From assembly GCA_963805975.1 (NCBI GenBank), contig CAWDVR010000002.1:128001-192000 (forward strand): a stretch of 64,000 nt of DNA. Direction: 5' to 3'. Positions 36,722 to 46,345 of the stretch are shown here, piece by piece (within the stretch, counting starts at the first letter, position 1; the number at the start of each line of letters is the position of its first letter). The notes below the pieces were generated by a model. The model worked only from the letters and a program-made list of their open reading frames with translations. It was not told the DNA's origin and searched no databases. The DNA is from an uncultured Acidobacteriota bacterium. Its GTDB lineage: Bacteria > Acidobacteriota > Thermoanaerobaculia > Multivoradales > SZUA-115. The position numbers were made by a program, and so were the translations under genes.

Positions 36722-37895
36722 AGAGCCTCAGGAGATCGCCCGTGGACACCGGCCGCGGGTTGAAGGTGGCGGTCCACTCCTGCGCCGCGCGCTCGGCGAG
36801 GTCCGGCAGGCGGGAGCTCTCGACGCCGCAGTCGGACAGCCGCTCGGGCAGGCCCGCCAGCCGGCGCAGCGCCTCGACCCGCGCCGCCAGCGCCTCGGCG
36901 CCGGCCGGCACCAGCTCGCGGTACAGCGGCTCGGCCACGGCCGCGTTCCAGCGCACCACGTGCGGCAGCATGAGGCCCACGGCCACGCCGTGGACGATGC
37001 CGTAGGCGGCGGTCAGCGGGTTGGCGGTGGCGTGGGCGGCGCCGAGCATCGCGGCCTCGATGGCGGCGCCCGCGAGGTGAGCGCCGAGCAGCAGGTCGGC
37101 CCGCGCCGGTCCGTCCGGCGCCAGCACCGTCTCGAGAGCCCCGTCCAGCAGCCGCCACGCCTCTCGTGCGTAGAGGCTCGAGACCGGCGTGCGCTGGGTG
37201 GTCACCAGGCTCTCGACGGCGTGCGACAGGGCATCGATCCCCGCCGCCACCAGCACCCCGGGCGGCGCCGTGGCCAGGAGGTCGGGATCGAGCAGCACTG
37301 CCGAGAAGCGCGCCTTGCGGTCGCCGCAGGCCATCTTGCGGCCATGGGCCATCCCCGGCGCGGCCTCCGCCTGGGTGATGAGGGCGTAGGACTGGGCGTC
37401 GCTGCCCGTGCCGGCGGTGGTGGGCACGCCGATCGACGGCAACATGGACGAACGGGCGCGACCGAAGCCCCAGTAGTCCTCCATGCGACCGCCGTTGGTG
37501 GCCAGGAAGTTGATGCCCTTGGCGGCGTCGAGCACGCTGCCGCCGCCCACGGCCACCAGCAGATCGGCCCCCAGGTCGGCCGCCGCTCGCGCGCCGGCCT
37601 CGACCTCGCGGGTCGTCGGGTTCTCGCTCACGCCGTCGAAGATGCGGACGTCGAAGCCGGCGCGGATCAGCTTCTGGGCGGCAAGGGCCGGGTAACCGGC
37701 GGCGCGCAGGCCGGGATCGGTCACCACCAGCACCCGGCCTGCCGCAAGCTCGCCGGCCACCGCACCGACCTCGTGCAGCACGCCGGGGCCGAAGGTGACG
37801 GGGATCGAGCCGATCTCGGCCGTCCAACGGCCCGCGGCAGGTGCGCTGGCGGCGGCGGTCTCGATCTGGCCGTCGAGCACGGCGGTCGGGCTCAC
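36705..37895 (-). CDS. Iron-containing alcohol dehydrogenase (about 396 aa)
   Basis: GTGA overlap; GGGSVLDAAK, PTTAGTGS, DALSHAVE, GAAHA, HGVA. Confidence 0.92.
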   Translation of the reverse strand: MSPTAVLDGQIETAAASAPAAGRWTAEIGSIPVTFGPGVLHEVGAVAGELAAGRVLVVTDPGLRAAGYPALAAQKLIRAGFDVRIFDGVSENPTTREVEAGARAAADLGADLLVAVGGGSVLDAAKGINFLATNGGRMEDYWGFGRARSSMLPSIGVPTTAGTGSDAQSYALITQAEAAPGMAHGRKMACGDRKARFSAVLLDPDLLATAPPGVLVAAGIDALSHAVESLVTTQRTPVSSLYAREAWRLLDGALETVLAPDGPARADLLLGAHLAGAAIEAAMLGAAHATANPLTAAYGIVHGVAVGLMLPHVVRWNAAVAEPLYRELVPAGAEALAARVEALRRLAGLPERLSDCGVESSRLPDLAERAAQEWTATFNPRPVSTGDLLRLYEAAY

Positions 37896-39355
37896 GCCAC
37901 CGCCTCCAGGCCTCGCGGCGGGGGCGGCACCGCCGCCTGGAAGGCGCGGCGGCGGTAGAGGTGCTCGAAGAGGTTGCCCTCGTGCGGCTGGTCCCACATC
38001 ACGTGCGAGGTGGGGATGGCGCCCAGGTTCAGGCGCTCGACATGAGGCGAGGCGAGGAGCTCGCCGGCGAGCACCGGGTCCGCGGTGAGGGCCGTGACCA
38101 CCAGCGACGGGCCCATGCGCTCGACCAGCTCCGCGGCCGGCACCTCGACGACGGAGACGAAGGGGAACAGGAGCTCGGTCTGTGCCAGCGGGTGCCCGGG
38201 GTCCGAGCAGTAGACGACGGTGGGCAGCAGGAAGGCGCAACCGCCGGCTTCCCCGACACGGCCCTCGGGCCGGAAGCGGGCCGTCACGTCCTCGGCGCCC
38301 GCGATCTGTAGCTGTGCGTCGAGGTAGGCCGAGACCCGCTCGGCCGCTGCGCGGGACGGAAAGGCGGCGAGCCGGGCCTCCGGGTCGTCGAGCGCGCGCG
38401 CCGGGATCTGCGCCAGCCGCTCGGCCAGGGCCTCGGCGATCTCGCGGCCGTGGCGCGGCGTCCACACGCCCGAGGCGTTGACGCAGGAGCGGCCCCCGTT
38501 GTCGGCCACCGAGGCGGCCAGCACCTCGAGGTGCGACTCCCAGCGGCCGGCCTCGTCCGCGCCGAGCACCACCTTGCTCCAGCCCGGGCCGTGGATCTCG
38601 ACCCGCGGGTCGCCGCGCCAGGGGTCCACGGTCGAGGCATCGCCGAAGAGCAGCGAGCGCCCGCAGCGCTGCAGCAGCTCACCCGCCCCGGCGTAGCTCG
38701 TCGGGTAGAAGCCGAAGGCGGCGGCCGGCGCACCGGCGGCGATGAAGGCCTGCGCCACCCGCAGCGGCGTCCAGGGCTCCTGGCGGCCGGGCTTGAGCGC
38801 CAGGGCCACCTTGAGCGCGATCGCCGGCAGCCACAGGGCGTGCACGCCCGGCGAGTTGCTGGGGAGGATGGCGGCGAGGGCGTCCGCCTCGCGGCGGTAG
38901 GAAACGATCTGCGAGCCCACCAGGCCGTGCCCGCGGTCCAGCACTTCGAGGTCGAGGCCGCGGGTGAGGCCGCCGAGCACGGTCTCCATCTCGGCCAGCA
39001 CGTAGCGGATCTTCTCCATGTTGCGGCGCGCCAGGGCCTCGGGCAGGCCGGTGGTGCCGGAGAGCTGGCGGACGTAGTCGCCCGGCGACTGCGAGCCCTC
39101 TCCGAGCGGCAGCTCGCTGGATACGAAATGCTCGGCGGCGCGGCGGGAGACGGCGAGGAGCTCGCGCACCGAGAGGGCTTCGAGGGCGCGCCGGCCCTGG
39201 CCGGCGGAGAGCAGGTCGCGGGCGACCAGGCCAGGGTTGGCCTGGCTGACCTCGGCCACCGGCTCGCCGGTCGCGAGGTGCGGCAGGACGGTCCGCTCGA
39301 GGCTGTAGTACGGGCGGCCCCAGCGCAGGACCGGAATATGGACAGGGGCTGCCAC
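37892..39355 (-). CDS. Aldehyde-dehydrogenase-fold reductase, GriD/EhpG/LuxC-like (about 487 aa)
   Basis: GAGGTG RBS plus GTG; LPSNSPG, LKPG, HGPGWSK, NGGRSCVN (catalytic Cys), ELLFP. Confidence 0.82.
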   Translation of the reverse strand: MAAPVHIPVLRWGRPYYSLERTVLPHLATGEPVAEVSQANPGLVARDLLSAGQGRRALEALSVRELLAVSRRAAEHFVSSELPLGEGSQSPGDYVRQLSGTTGLPEALARRNMEKIRYVLAEMETVLGGLTRGLDLEVLDRGHGLVGSQIVSYRREADALAAILPSNSPGVHALWLPAIALKVALALKPGRQEPWTPLRVAQAFIAAGAPAAAFGFYPTSYAGAGELLQRCGRSLLFGDASTVDPWRGDPRVEIHGPGWSKVVLGADEAGRWESHLEVLAASVADNGGRSCVNASGVWTPRHGREIAEALAERLAQIPARALDDPEARLAAFPSRAAAERVSAYLDAQLQIAGAEDVTARFRPEGRVGEAGGCAFLLPTVVYCSDPGHPLAQTELLFPFVSVVEVPAAELVERMGPSLVVTALTADPVLAGELLASPHVERLNLGAIPTSHVMWDQPHEGNLFEHLYRRRAFQAAVPPPPRGLEAVA

Positions 39356-39781
39356 AAGGGCACCTCGGGAATCTCTATGCGCCATCATCGGCGTCAGCAA
39401 GCCTCATGAGTTTGGGTCCGGCAACAGCCCCAAGAGAGACAGCAAGAACAGTGCCCGGACAGCGGGACCCGAGGACGGCGGAAACTCCCTGCGCATGGGG
39501 GGGTTTACGCGGTTTCGGGGGCAGGGTTTGGCACGCCCGCCCCCTGAGTACGACAAGATGACGCTTTTCTACTACGAAGGCAGTAGGAGAGCGCGAAGAC
39601 ACGGGCTTGATCAAAGGCCTGATCGCGGGTGGGGGCCGGCGCCACCCTCCGCGGTCTCTTCAGGCGCAAAGACCCTGGCGCGGGCGCCGATTCAACCGGG
39701 GTGACGCTGCGGGAATCAGGCCCGAGCCCCTCGCGGAGCTCGGGTCGGCTTGGTTCAGGTACCCAGGGAGCCTCGGAGCGC

Positions 39782-41065
39782 TCAGCCGCGCCGCTTCCAC
39801 AACCAGACGAGACCCAGGCCCAGAGGAGCGCCGAGCAGCAGGTTGGCGTGCGACGCCTTCCTCACCGGCACCGGCGCGGTCCGGTTCGCCCGGCCGGGGC
39901 TCGGCCTCGCGGCGACGTACGAGCGCGTGTCCCGCCGCCAGCCGCCGTCCCTGGCGCGCTGCAGCGAGTGCCGGGCGGAGTTCCCTTCGGCCCTCTCGGT
40001 GAGGACCGGCATCCCCGGCCGCACCAGCTTGCGAAGTGCGCTGCCGGCCGCAACCGGCCCCAGCACCACGGCGTCCATCTCCTCGTCGGCCGTGGCCTCG
40101 AAGCCGGCGGAAAAGTCGGTGGTCTTCGAGTAGTAGAGCGCCATGGCCGCGTTCTCGCTTTGCAACTGGAGGTCCAGGGTGAGGTCCGCGCCCTTCACGT
40201 CCGGCCCGCCGATCAGGAAGAAGCCGTCCGGGCGGCTGCGCAGCCCGGTGAGCGGGATGGCCTCGGCGTAGGAGCGCTCCGAGCCGCCGTCGAACAGCAC
40301 CAGGGTCATGTGGTCGAGAGGACGGTCGCCCAGGCCACCGTCGTAGAGCTCGATGAAGCTGCTGCCACCGCCCGCGCCGTCGTCGGTGTCGAGCTCGTTG
40401 ATCACCACCGCCGGGTTCACGGCCTCGCCGCTGTAGGCGACGGTCGCGGTCCCCGGCTGGACGGTGCAGGCGATCCGCTCGCTCTCGCTCCTGACGGTCA
40501 CCGCGTTCTGCAACTGGAAGACCGTCCCCGCCGTCGGCGGGTAGGAGGTGATGCCGGTCGCCACGTAGACCGCCTCGGTGCTGTGCAGGATCTCGGTAGT
40601 ACCGGTCTGCGGGTTGGTGGCTTGGAAGCGCCAGAAGAGGTGGCACTCGGCGGTCACTGGGAAGAACGGCGCGCCCTGCGAGCTCTGCGAGGTCATGCGA
40701 TAGAAGGAGCGGCCGGCCGCCGTGTCGAGGGTCACGGTCGCGTTGCCGAGCGAGCCCATGGTGCCCTGGGCCTGGATCATCGTCCAGTCGGCCTCTTGCA
40801 CCGTGGCGGACTTGATCTGGAGGGCCCCCATCTCGGAGTAGGAGTCCAGGTTGACCTGGACCGTGAAGGTGCTGGGGACCGTGGGCGGTGGAAAGACAGA
40901 GGTCCCGGGCGTGGCGCTGACGGCCGTGCAGATCATGGTTTTGGCGCAGCCGTTGCCGCTGCACCCGCCGCCGCCTGCGTGGCTGATGCCGGGGAGGGCG
41001 ACGCCGAGGACGGCGAGCCAGCACAGGACAGCAGGCAGAGCACGACTACACCTCGACTTGAGCAT
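39782..41065 (-). CDS. Secreted surface protein: uncharacterised N-terminal domain, lamin-tail-like domain, C-terminal TM/basic anchor (427 aa)
   Basis: Signal peptide; GGGGCSGNGC; VVINELD..FIELY..PSPGRAN; LGLGLVWLWKRRG. Confidence 0.8.
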   Translation of the reverse strand: MLKSRCSRALPAVLCWLAVLGVALPGISHAGGGGCSGNGCAKTMICTAVSATPGTSVFPPPTVPSTFTVQVNLDSYSEMGALQIKSATVQEADWTMIQAQGTMGSLGNATVTLDTAAGRSFYRMTSQSSQGAPFFPVTAECHLFWRFQATNPQTGTTEILHSTEAVYVATGITSYPPTAGTVFQLQNAVTVRSESERIACTVQPGTATVAYSGEAVNPAVVINELDTDDGAGGGSSFIELYDGGLGDRPLDHMTLVLFDGGSERSYAEAIPLTGLRSRPDGFFLIGGPDVKGADLTLDLQLQSENAAMALYYSKTTDFSAGFEATADEEMDAVVLGPVAAGSALRKLVRPGMPVLTERAEGNSARHSLQRARDGGWRRDTRSYVAARPSPGRANRTAPVPVRKASHANLLLGAPLGLGLVWLWKRRG

Positions 41066-41092
41066 GGAGCGGTCTCCTTTCCGAGCCGATGA

Positions 41093-41125
41093 AGCTGTTT
41101 GGAATGCAGCGGTTTGGAATACAGC
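41093..41125. repeat. 15-bp tandem direct repeat upstream of the 39782-41065 gene
   Basis: AGCTGTTTGGAATGC / AGCGGTTTGGAATAC / AGC. Confidence 0.6.
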
Positions 41126-41291
41126 AAGAGTGACCCGGAAAGGCGCAAGCGGGACAGGCCGGACGACTCGTGGACCTGCGGACCGGAGCGTCCCAGCCCG
41201 CGACCACGGAGGTTTCTTTCGAGGCGCAGAAGTGGTCTGAGCTGCCGCAACGAAGCGAGCAGTGACGGCCCTATCTCAGATGAGGCACCAC

Positions 41292-41321
41292 CCGGAAGGC
41301 AGGGGCGGCCCCACCTTCCGG
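41292..41321. terminator. GC-rich hairpin downstream of the 41366-42049 gene
   Basis: CCGGAAGG..GGGG-CGG-CCCC..CCTTCCGG; no clear U-tract. Confidence 0.4.
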
Positions 41322-41365
41322 TCCGTTTTCGGATGGCCTTCGAGAGGACCTCGCCTGCTTGGGCG

Positions 41366-42049
41366 CTAGCGGGACCGCGAATCCCCCGGCCGCCGCTCAG
41401 GGATTACCACTTCGTTGTCCAGGACTTTTCCGACCACGACGCCGGGCCGGTCGAGCTCTTCGAGGTAGACGGGGGAGACGAGGCGGTAGCGAGTGCCAGC
41501 CGGCGGCGGGAAGGAATACAGGTTCTCGGTCCTCATGATGGCCGGGTTCATCGAACGATAGACCTTGCCCTGCAGGGCAGCCACCGTGTAAAAGAAATGG
41601 AAGCGCATCTCCTGGATCGCGGGGAACTCTGTGCCGGCCACCTGTTCCCAGACGGCGCTCCTCACCGGGCGGGAGGCATCGAGCCAGAAACGGGTCTCAC
41701 CAACTCCCTCGGCGAATGCGATCCCTTCGAGATTGACGAGCTCGAGAGGGACCGTCTTCAAACCGTTCTTCGAGAACGGCAGGCCGACTCGGGCGATCAG
41801 TGGAGATGAGCTGGTCGCTCTCGTCTCGAAGGTCCCAAGCCCCTCGAGAGAGACGAGCTTGCCCTCGTCGCATCCATCGCCACATTCTTCTGGATGGTGG
41901 GGACATACTGCCGTCGATTCCGTCGTCGGCAGCATGGCTCTCCCGGGCGCGGCACTCTGGGCCGAGGTCGCCCAGAACGCTCCTCCCACGATCAGAGACA
42001 GGACGAAGAGCAGACCCAGTGTTCTCGTTGTATTGCTTCTCATCGGCAT
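41366..42049 (-). CDS. Secreted protein of unknown function sharing a domain with both neighbours (227 aa)
   Basis: AAGGAG RBS; signal peptide; EFPA..MRFHF..SFPPPAGTRYRL. Confidence 0.78.
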   Translation of the reverse strand: MPMRSNTTRTLGLLFVLSLIVGGAFWATSAQSAAPGRAMLPTTESTAVCPHHPEECGDGCDEGKLVSLEGLGTFETRATSSSPLIARVGLPFSKNGLKTVPLELVNLEGIAFAEGVGETRFWLDASRPVRSAVWEQVAGTEFPAIQEMRFHFFYTVAALQGKVYRSMNPAIMRTENLYSFPPPAGTRYRLVSPVYLEELDRPGVVVGKVLDNEVVIPERRPGDSRSR

Positions 42050-42375
42050 CTCCTTTCAGATTGGCTCGAGAGCCTGGAAGAGCCCCGAGTCCGTTTGCCG
42101 CGAGAGTCGGTGGCGGATCGAGTGATTTTCAGTATTACGCGCTATATCAGCAGAAGGAGCGTCCCCTGATCGCTCGGGGCTGCTTGAAATGGAGCCTCTG
42201 TATATAGCGGTGCTGGAGAGAGGCTCAACGGGACAGCCCTCGGGCAAGCCGCCTCTATTAAGTGATCTGTGGAAGGAGAGCTTTGACGCGGATCTCCGGG
42301 GGAACGTCCGGTCGGCTGCTTCCGAGCCTGGCTCCGGTCAGGTTTCCTACGGCTGCGTCGGCGGGTTGGGAGGGG

Positions 42376-43638
42376 CTAGCCCCGCGACCTCCAGAGCCAA
42401 AGCAGCCCGGCGGCGAACGGCGCGAGCAGCCACAGGCGTGCCTGACGGAGCGGACGGGTCGCGGGACGGGCCGACTGGTTCAGCTCGCCGGGTGTCGGAG
42501 CAGCAGCCGCGAACGCTCGCGTGTCGCGCCTCCAGCCGCCGTCCGGGAAGCGCTGCAGAGAGTGCCGATCGGCGCCACCCTCGGAGTGCTCCGTCAAGAG
42601 CGGCATCCCCGGTCGCAGGAGGCGGCGAAGGCCGCTCCGCAGTGCGAGCGGTCCCAGCACCACGGCGTCTACCAGTTCGTCCGGCGTGGCTAGAAAACCG
42701 GCGGCGAAGTCGGTCTCCTGCGAGTAGTAGAGCGCCACCGCCGCTCCTTCGCCGCGCAGTGGAAGCTCGACCTCGAGGTCCGCTCCTTCGAACCCCGGAC
42801 CTCCGATCACGAACAGCCCGTCGTCCCGGCTGCGATGGCCGTCCAGGGACATGCCTCCGGTGTAGGCCTGGCCGGAGGCGTCGAACAACACGAGAGTCAG
42901 GCCATCGAGGGCACGGTTGCCCACGCCACCGTCGTGGAGCTCGACAAAGGCACTTGCGCTTCCGTCGCCGCCCACGGCGTCGAGCTCGTTGATCACCACC
43001 GCCGGGTCCATGGCTTCGCCGCTGTAGGCAACGGTGCCGGACCCGGCCGGGAACTCGCAGCGCAGGGCCTCGCTCTCGCTCGTCAGTGTGACGTTGTTCT
43101 GGAGCCGGAAGGTCGTGCCCGGCCGGGGTGGGTAGGAATCGATGCCAGAAGCCGCGTAGATGGCTTCGCTGCTGCGCATCACCAGAGCTTCTCCGGTCGT
43201 GGGGTCGGTCACCTGGAAGCGCCAGAAGAGGTGGCACTCCGCCCGTGCCGGGAAGAACGGCTGGCCGCTGGGCTGCTGCGAGACCATGCGATAAAACGAG
43301 CGCTGGTCAGGGTTCAGTGTGACGGCCGCGTTGCCGAGCTGTCCCATCGTTCCCTGGGCCTCGACCATCAACCAGTCACTCTCTTGCATGAGCGGAGAGA
43401 CGATCCTCAGGTTCCCCATCTCGGAGTAGGAGTCGAGCGCCACCACCACGGCGAAGCGCTCCGGAAGACTGGAGGCGGGACCGTAGAACCGAGGCTCGCA
43501 GCTTCCACTCTTTATGCAGCCGTTGCCGGAGCAACCGCCGCCTCCAGCGTAGCTGGGGCCCGGCGCCGTGACGAGCGCGACGACGATCGAGCCCAAGACT
43601 CCGAGTACGCGAGCGTGAGGTGCTCTCGGACCGTGCAT
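42376..43638 (-). CDS. Paralogue of the 39782-41065 protein (about 420 aa)
   Basis: GGGGGAG RBS; GGGGCSGNGC, LDSYSEMG, AECHLFWRFQ, VVINELD, PTPGELN, LLWLWRSRG. Confidence 0.8.
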   Translation of the reverse strand: MHGPRAPHARVLGVLGSIVVALVTAPGPSYAGGGGCSGNGCIKSGSCEPRFYGPASSLPERFAVVVALDSYSEMGNLRIVSPLMQESDWLMVEAQGTMGQLGNAAVTLNPDQRSFYRMVSQQPSGQPFFPARAECHLFWRFQVTDPTTGEALVMRSSEAIYAASGIDSYPPRPGTTFRLQNNVTLTSESEALRCEFPAGSGTVAYSGEAMDPAVVINELDAVGGDGSASAFVELHDGGVGNRALDGLTLVLFDASGQAYTGGMSLDGHRSRDDGLFVIGGPGFEGADLEVELPLRGEGAAVALYYSQETDFAAGFLATPDELVDAVVLGPLALRSGLRRLLRPGMPLLTEHSEGGADRHSLQRFPDGGWRRDTRAFAAAAPTPGELNQSARPATRPLRQARLWLLAPFAAGLLWLWRSRG

Positions 43639-43709
43639 GGCTTCTCCCCCCTTGTTTGCAGCCGCTCTGCAATCAAGGTGAAAGGAAGCGCCACGGAGGG
43701 GACAGATCC

Positions 43710-44804
43710 CTAGTACACCCCGACCACCACGCTCTCCTGCAGGCGGGAGAAGAGGCGGAGGTTGGTGACGCCGTCCCAGGGGTAGCGGTCGATGGGCTCG
43801 GCGCGCTCGCCCTCGTCGCGCTCGAGGAAACGCGGCATGAAGAACTCCTTGGTGAGCGTGGTGAGCATCACGCGGCCGGTCTCGCCGTAGTCGACCCTGC
43901 GCTCGGGGTCGTCGGGATCGACGATCTCGAAGGTCGCCCGCGGCACGGGCGGGTAATAGGTGATGGCGTAGTCCGGCTTCTCGGGGTCGAAGGGTCGCGG
44001 GCAGGCGAGGCCCATCAACGTGTTGCCGTAGGTGGGGATGAAGTCGATCCCCGGCACCAGCTCTTCCCTGGCAAAACGGTGGAACTGCTCGTTCATCTCC
44101 GTGCCGCCGCAGAAGATGCCGGTAATACCCACCTTGCGCAAATCGATCTTCTCGCAGAGCGACTCGAGGAGCTTGGGGGTGGTGAACAGGCAGCGGATGG
44201 TGTCGTGGGCGCGCAGCAGCGTCAGCCCCTGGTCGACGACGTGCAGCTTGTAGGCCGCGAGCTCGCCGTGCTTGCCGGCCTTGATCAGCTTGTTGACCCA
44301 GCGCGGGTCGAGGTCCACGTGGAACGCGATGCCGCCGCGGTGCTGCGCGAGGTGCTCGATGGCGAGCCGCAGGCGCCTTGGCCCCGTCGGCCCCAGCATC
44401 AGCCAGTCGCCGCCCGGCGGAAAGGTCTCGTCGGACAGCGTGCTGCTGTACATCTCGTAGTCGATGCGGAAGTCGTCGATCGAGATGCGGCTCTTGGGCA
44501 CGCCGGTCGAGCCGCCGGTCTCGAACACCGAGATCGGCGAGCGCTGGTAGGCCTCCGGCACCCAGCGCCGCACGGGCCCGCCGCGCAGCCACTCGTCCTG
44601 GAAGTGGCCCAGGTGCTTGAGGTCGTCGTAGCCCTGGACCTTGTCGCGCGGATCGAACGGCAGCTTGGCGGCGTAGCCGAGCCAGAACGGGCAGCCGGTC
44701 TCGGGCGAGAAGTGCCAGGCGACCATGTCGCGCACGTGCGCGTCGAGGGCGAGGCGCGTCTCGCGGACCTTCTCGGAGCGGGCAGAGGGGGCGATGACTT
44801 CCAC
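43710..44804 (-). CDS. Minimal ANL-superfamily adenylating enzyme, GriC/EhpF-like (about 364 aa)
   Basis: GAGGAG RBS plus GTG; WHFSPETGCPFW, FETGGSTGVPK, YGNTLMG, ERDE, C-terminal VGVY. Confidence 0.8.
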   Translation of the reverse strand: MEVIAPSARSEKVRETRLALDAHVRDMVAWHFSPETGCPFWLGYAAKLPFDPRDKVQGYDDLKHLGHFQDEWLRGGPVRRWVPEAYQRSPISVFETGGSTGVPKSRISIDDFRIDYEMYSSTLSDETFPPGGDWLMLGPTGPRRLRLAIEHLAQHRGGIAFHVDLDPRWVNKLIKAGKHGELAAYKLHVVDQGLTLLRAHDTIRCLFTTPKLLESLCEKIDLRKVGITGIFCGGTEMNEQFHRFAREELVPGIDFIPTYGNTLMGLACPRPFDPEKPDYAITYYPPVPRATFEIVDPDDPERRVDYGETGRVMLTTLTKEFFMPRFLERDEGERAEPIDRYPWDGVTNLRLFSRLQESVVVGVY

Positions 44805-44817
44805 GCTCGGTCCCTCC

Positions 44818-46341
44818 TCAGCCCTGCGGCTTGGCCGGTGCGGCCGGCGGCGCGATCGCTGCGGCGTTGTCCTTGTCCCACTCGGCGAGCGGCTTCGACT
44901 TGGCGCCCTCCTTGAGGGCGAAGAGCCGGCTGCGGCTCGCCACGTAGAGCACGCCGTCCTCGGCCACGGGGGTGGTGTAGACGGCGTTGCCCACGTTCCA
45001 CTCGCCGAGGACCTTCTTGGTCTTCGACGCCTCGAGCACCACCACGTCGCCGTCCTCGTCCCCGAGATAGACCTTGCCGTCCGCCACGAAGGGCGAGCCC
45101 CAGATGGCGGCGAACACGTCGTGCTTCCAGATCTCCTTGCCGGTCTCCGGGTCGAGGGCATAGAGGAAGCCGGAGAGGTCGGCCGCGAACAGGATGCCGT
45201 TGGCCGACGCCACGGTGGACATGGTGCGGTGGAACTCGTCGCCGCCGCGGTGCCAGGTCTCCTTGCCGGTGATGTCGCCGTCCATCCAGGCGGGGATCGC
45301 GTAGAGATGGCCGGGCGCCTCGCCGTGCTCGGGGTCCTGCCCCACGCCCAGGTAGACGTGGTCGTTGGCGAGCACCGGGGTGGCCACGATGTAGTTCCTG
45401 GTGCCGGCGCCGCCGATCACGTACTTCGCGTCCTTGGGGTTGAGGTCGAAGCTCCAGAGAAGCTTGCCGGTCAGGGGCTCGAAGGAGTAGACCCAGCCGT
45501 TGCCGCCGGGGAAGATCACCTGCGCACGGCCGCGCACCACGCCGTAGACCGGGTTCGACCACTGCCCGTGCAGGATGCTGTTGCCGGGCAGGCTGCTCTC
45601 CCAGACCAGCTTGCCGGTGTTCTTGTTGACCGCGATGAAGCTCGGCGCGGCCGGCGCGGGGATGTTGACGTGGCCCTCGTCCACACCGTTGGCGGTCACC
45701 GTGTAGAGCAGATCGCCCACTACCATCGGGTTGCCGGCCGCCAGGTTGTGGGGGAAGACGTCGAGCTCGCCCATCATGTCGAGCCTCCAGACCACGTCCT
45801 CGTCGGTCTCGCTCTTCTCGGTCTCGCCGCTGAACGGCCCGTCGTTCTCGCCGTCCCGGAAGCCCTCGGTGTCGGCGGCGATGAGCTCGGCGCGGTTCGA
45901 GACGTAGTAGAGCCGGTCGCCTTCGACGTAGGGGCCCGAGCAGATGCCCTGGAGCGGCCAGTCGTTCACCCGGCCGGCCGAGAGCTTGGCGTGGGCGCTC
46001 TGCCACAGGAGCCTGCCGTCCTTCGAGCTGAACACCAGCATGTTGCCGCGATCGCCCGTGAGCTTGGGGTTCCGCTTGCCCTCGTTGTTGCTGCCCACGT
46101 AGACCTTGCCCTTGAAGAGCACCGGGCCGCCGTAGGACTGCGAGCCGAGGGTCGCCACCCAGAGCACGTTCTCGCCGGTCTCGACGTTCCACTTCGCGGG
46201 CAGGTTCTTGGCCGGCGAGACCATGTTGCGGGACCAGGTGCCGCCGAACATCGCGTAGCCGCCGGCCGGCGGCGCGGCGGGAGCGGCCAGTGCCCCGCCG
46301 GCGGCGAGGCTCAAAAGGGCAAGGGCGTATCGGGATCTCAT
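44818..46341 (-). CDS. Secreted PQQ-like beta-propeller protein (507 aa)
   Basis: Signal peptide; MFGGTWSRN; propeller repeats; DTEGFRDGENDGPF insert. Confidence 0.88.
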   Translation of the reverse strand: MRSRYALALLSLAAGGALAAPAAPPAGGYAMFGGTWSRNMVSPAKNLPAKWNVETGENVLWVATLGSQSYGGPVLFKGKVYVGSNNEGKRNPKLTGDRGNMLVFSSKDGRLLWQSAHAKLSAGRVNDWPLQGICSGPYVEGDRLYYVSNRAELIAADTEGFRDGENDGPFSGETEKSETDEDVVWRLDMMGELDVFPHNLAAGNPMVVGDLLYTVTANGVDEGHVNIPAPAAPSFIAVNKNTGKLVWESSLPGNSILHGQWSNPVYGVVRGRAQVIFPGGNGWVYSFEPLTGKLLWSFDLNPKDAKYVIGGAGTRNYIVATPVLANDHVYLGVGQDPEHGEAPGHLYAIPAWMDGDITGKETWHRGGDEFHRTMSTVASANGILFAADLSGFLYALDPETGKEIWKHDVFAAIWGSPFVADGKVYLGDEDGDVVVLEASKTKKVLGEWNVGNAVYTTPVAEDGVLYVASRSRLFALKEGAKSKPLAEWDKDNAAAIAPPAAPAKPQG

Positions 46342-46345
46342 GGCG

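Noticed and set aside
24200-41340. c-di-GMP-like riboswitch suggested by GAAA and GCGCAAAG elements (24243, about 39664, about 41140)
   Set aside because: The required conserved architecture is not present.
37892-44804. Phenazine or lux operon
   Set aside because: No phz core genes and no luxAB/luxD in the window.
1962-45161. Long N-terminal extensions in the ORF track (1962, 8013, 10133, 21968, 29242, 35828, 38465, 44592, 45161)
   Set aside because: They overlap upstream genes; downstream starts have an RBS or a stop/start overlap.
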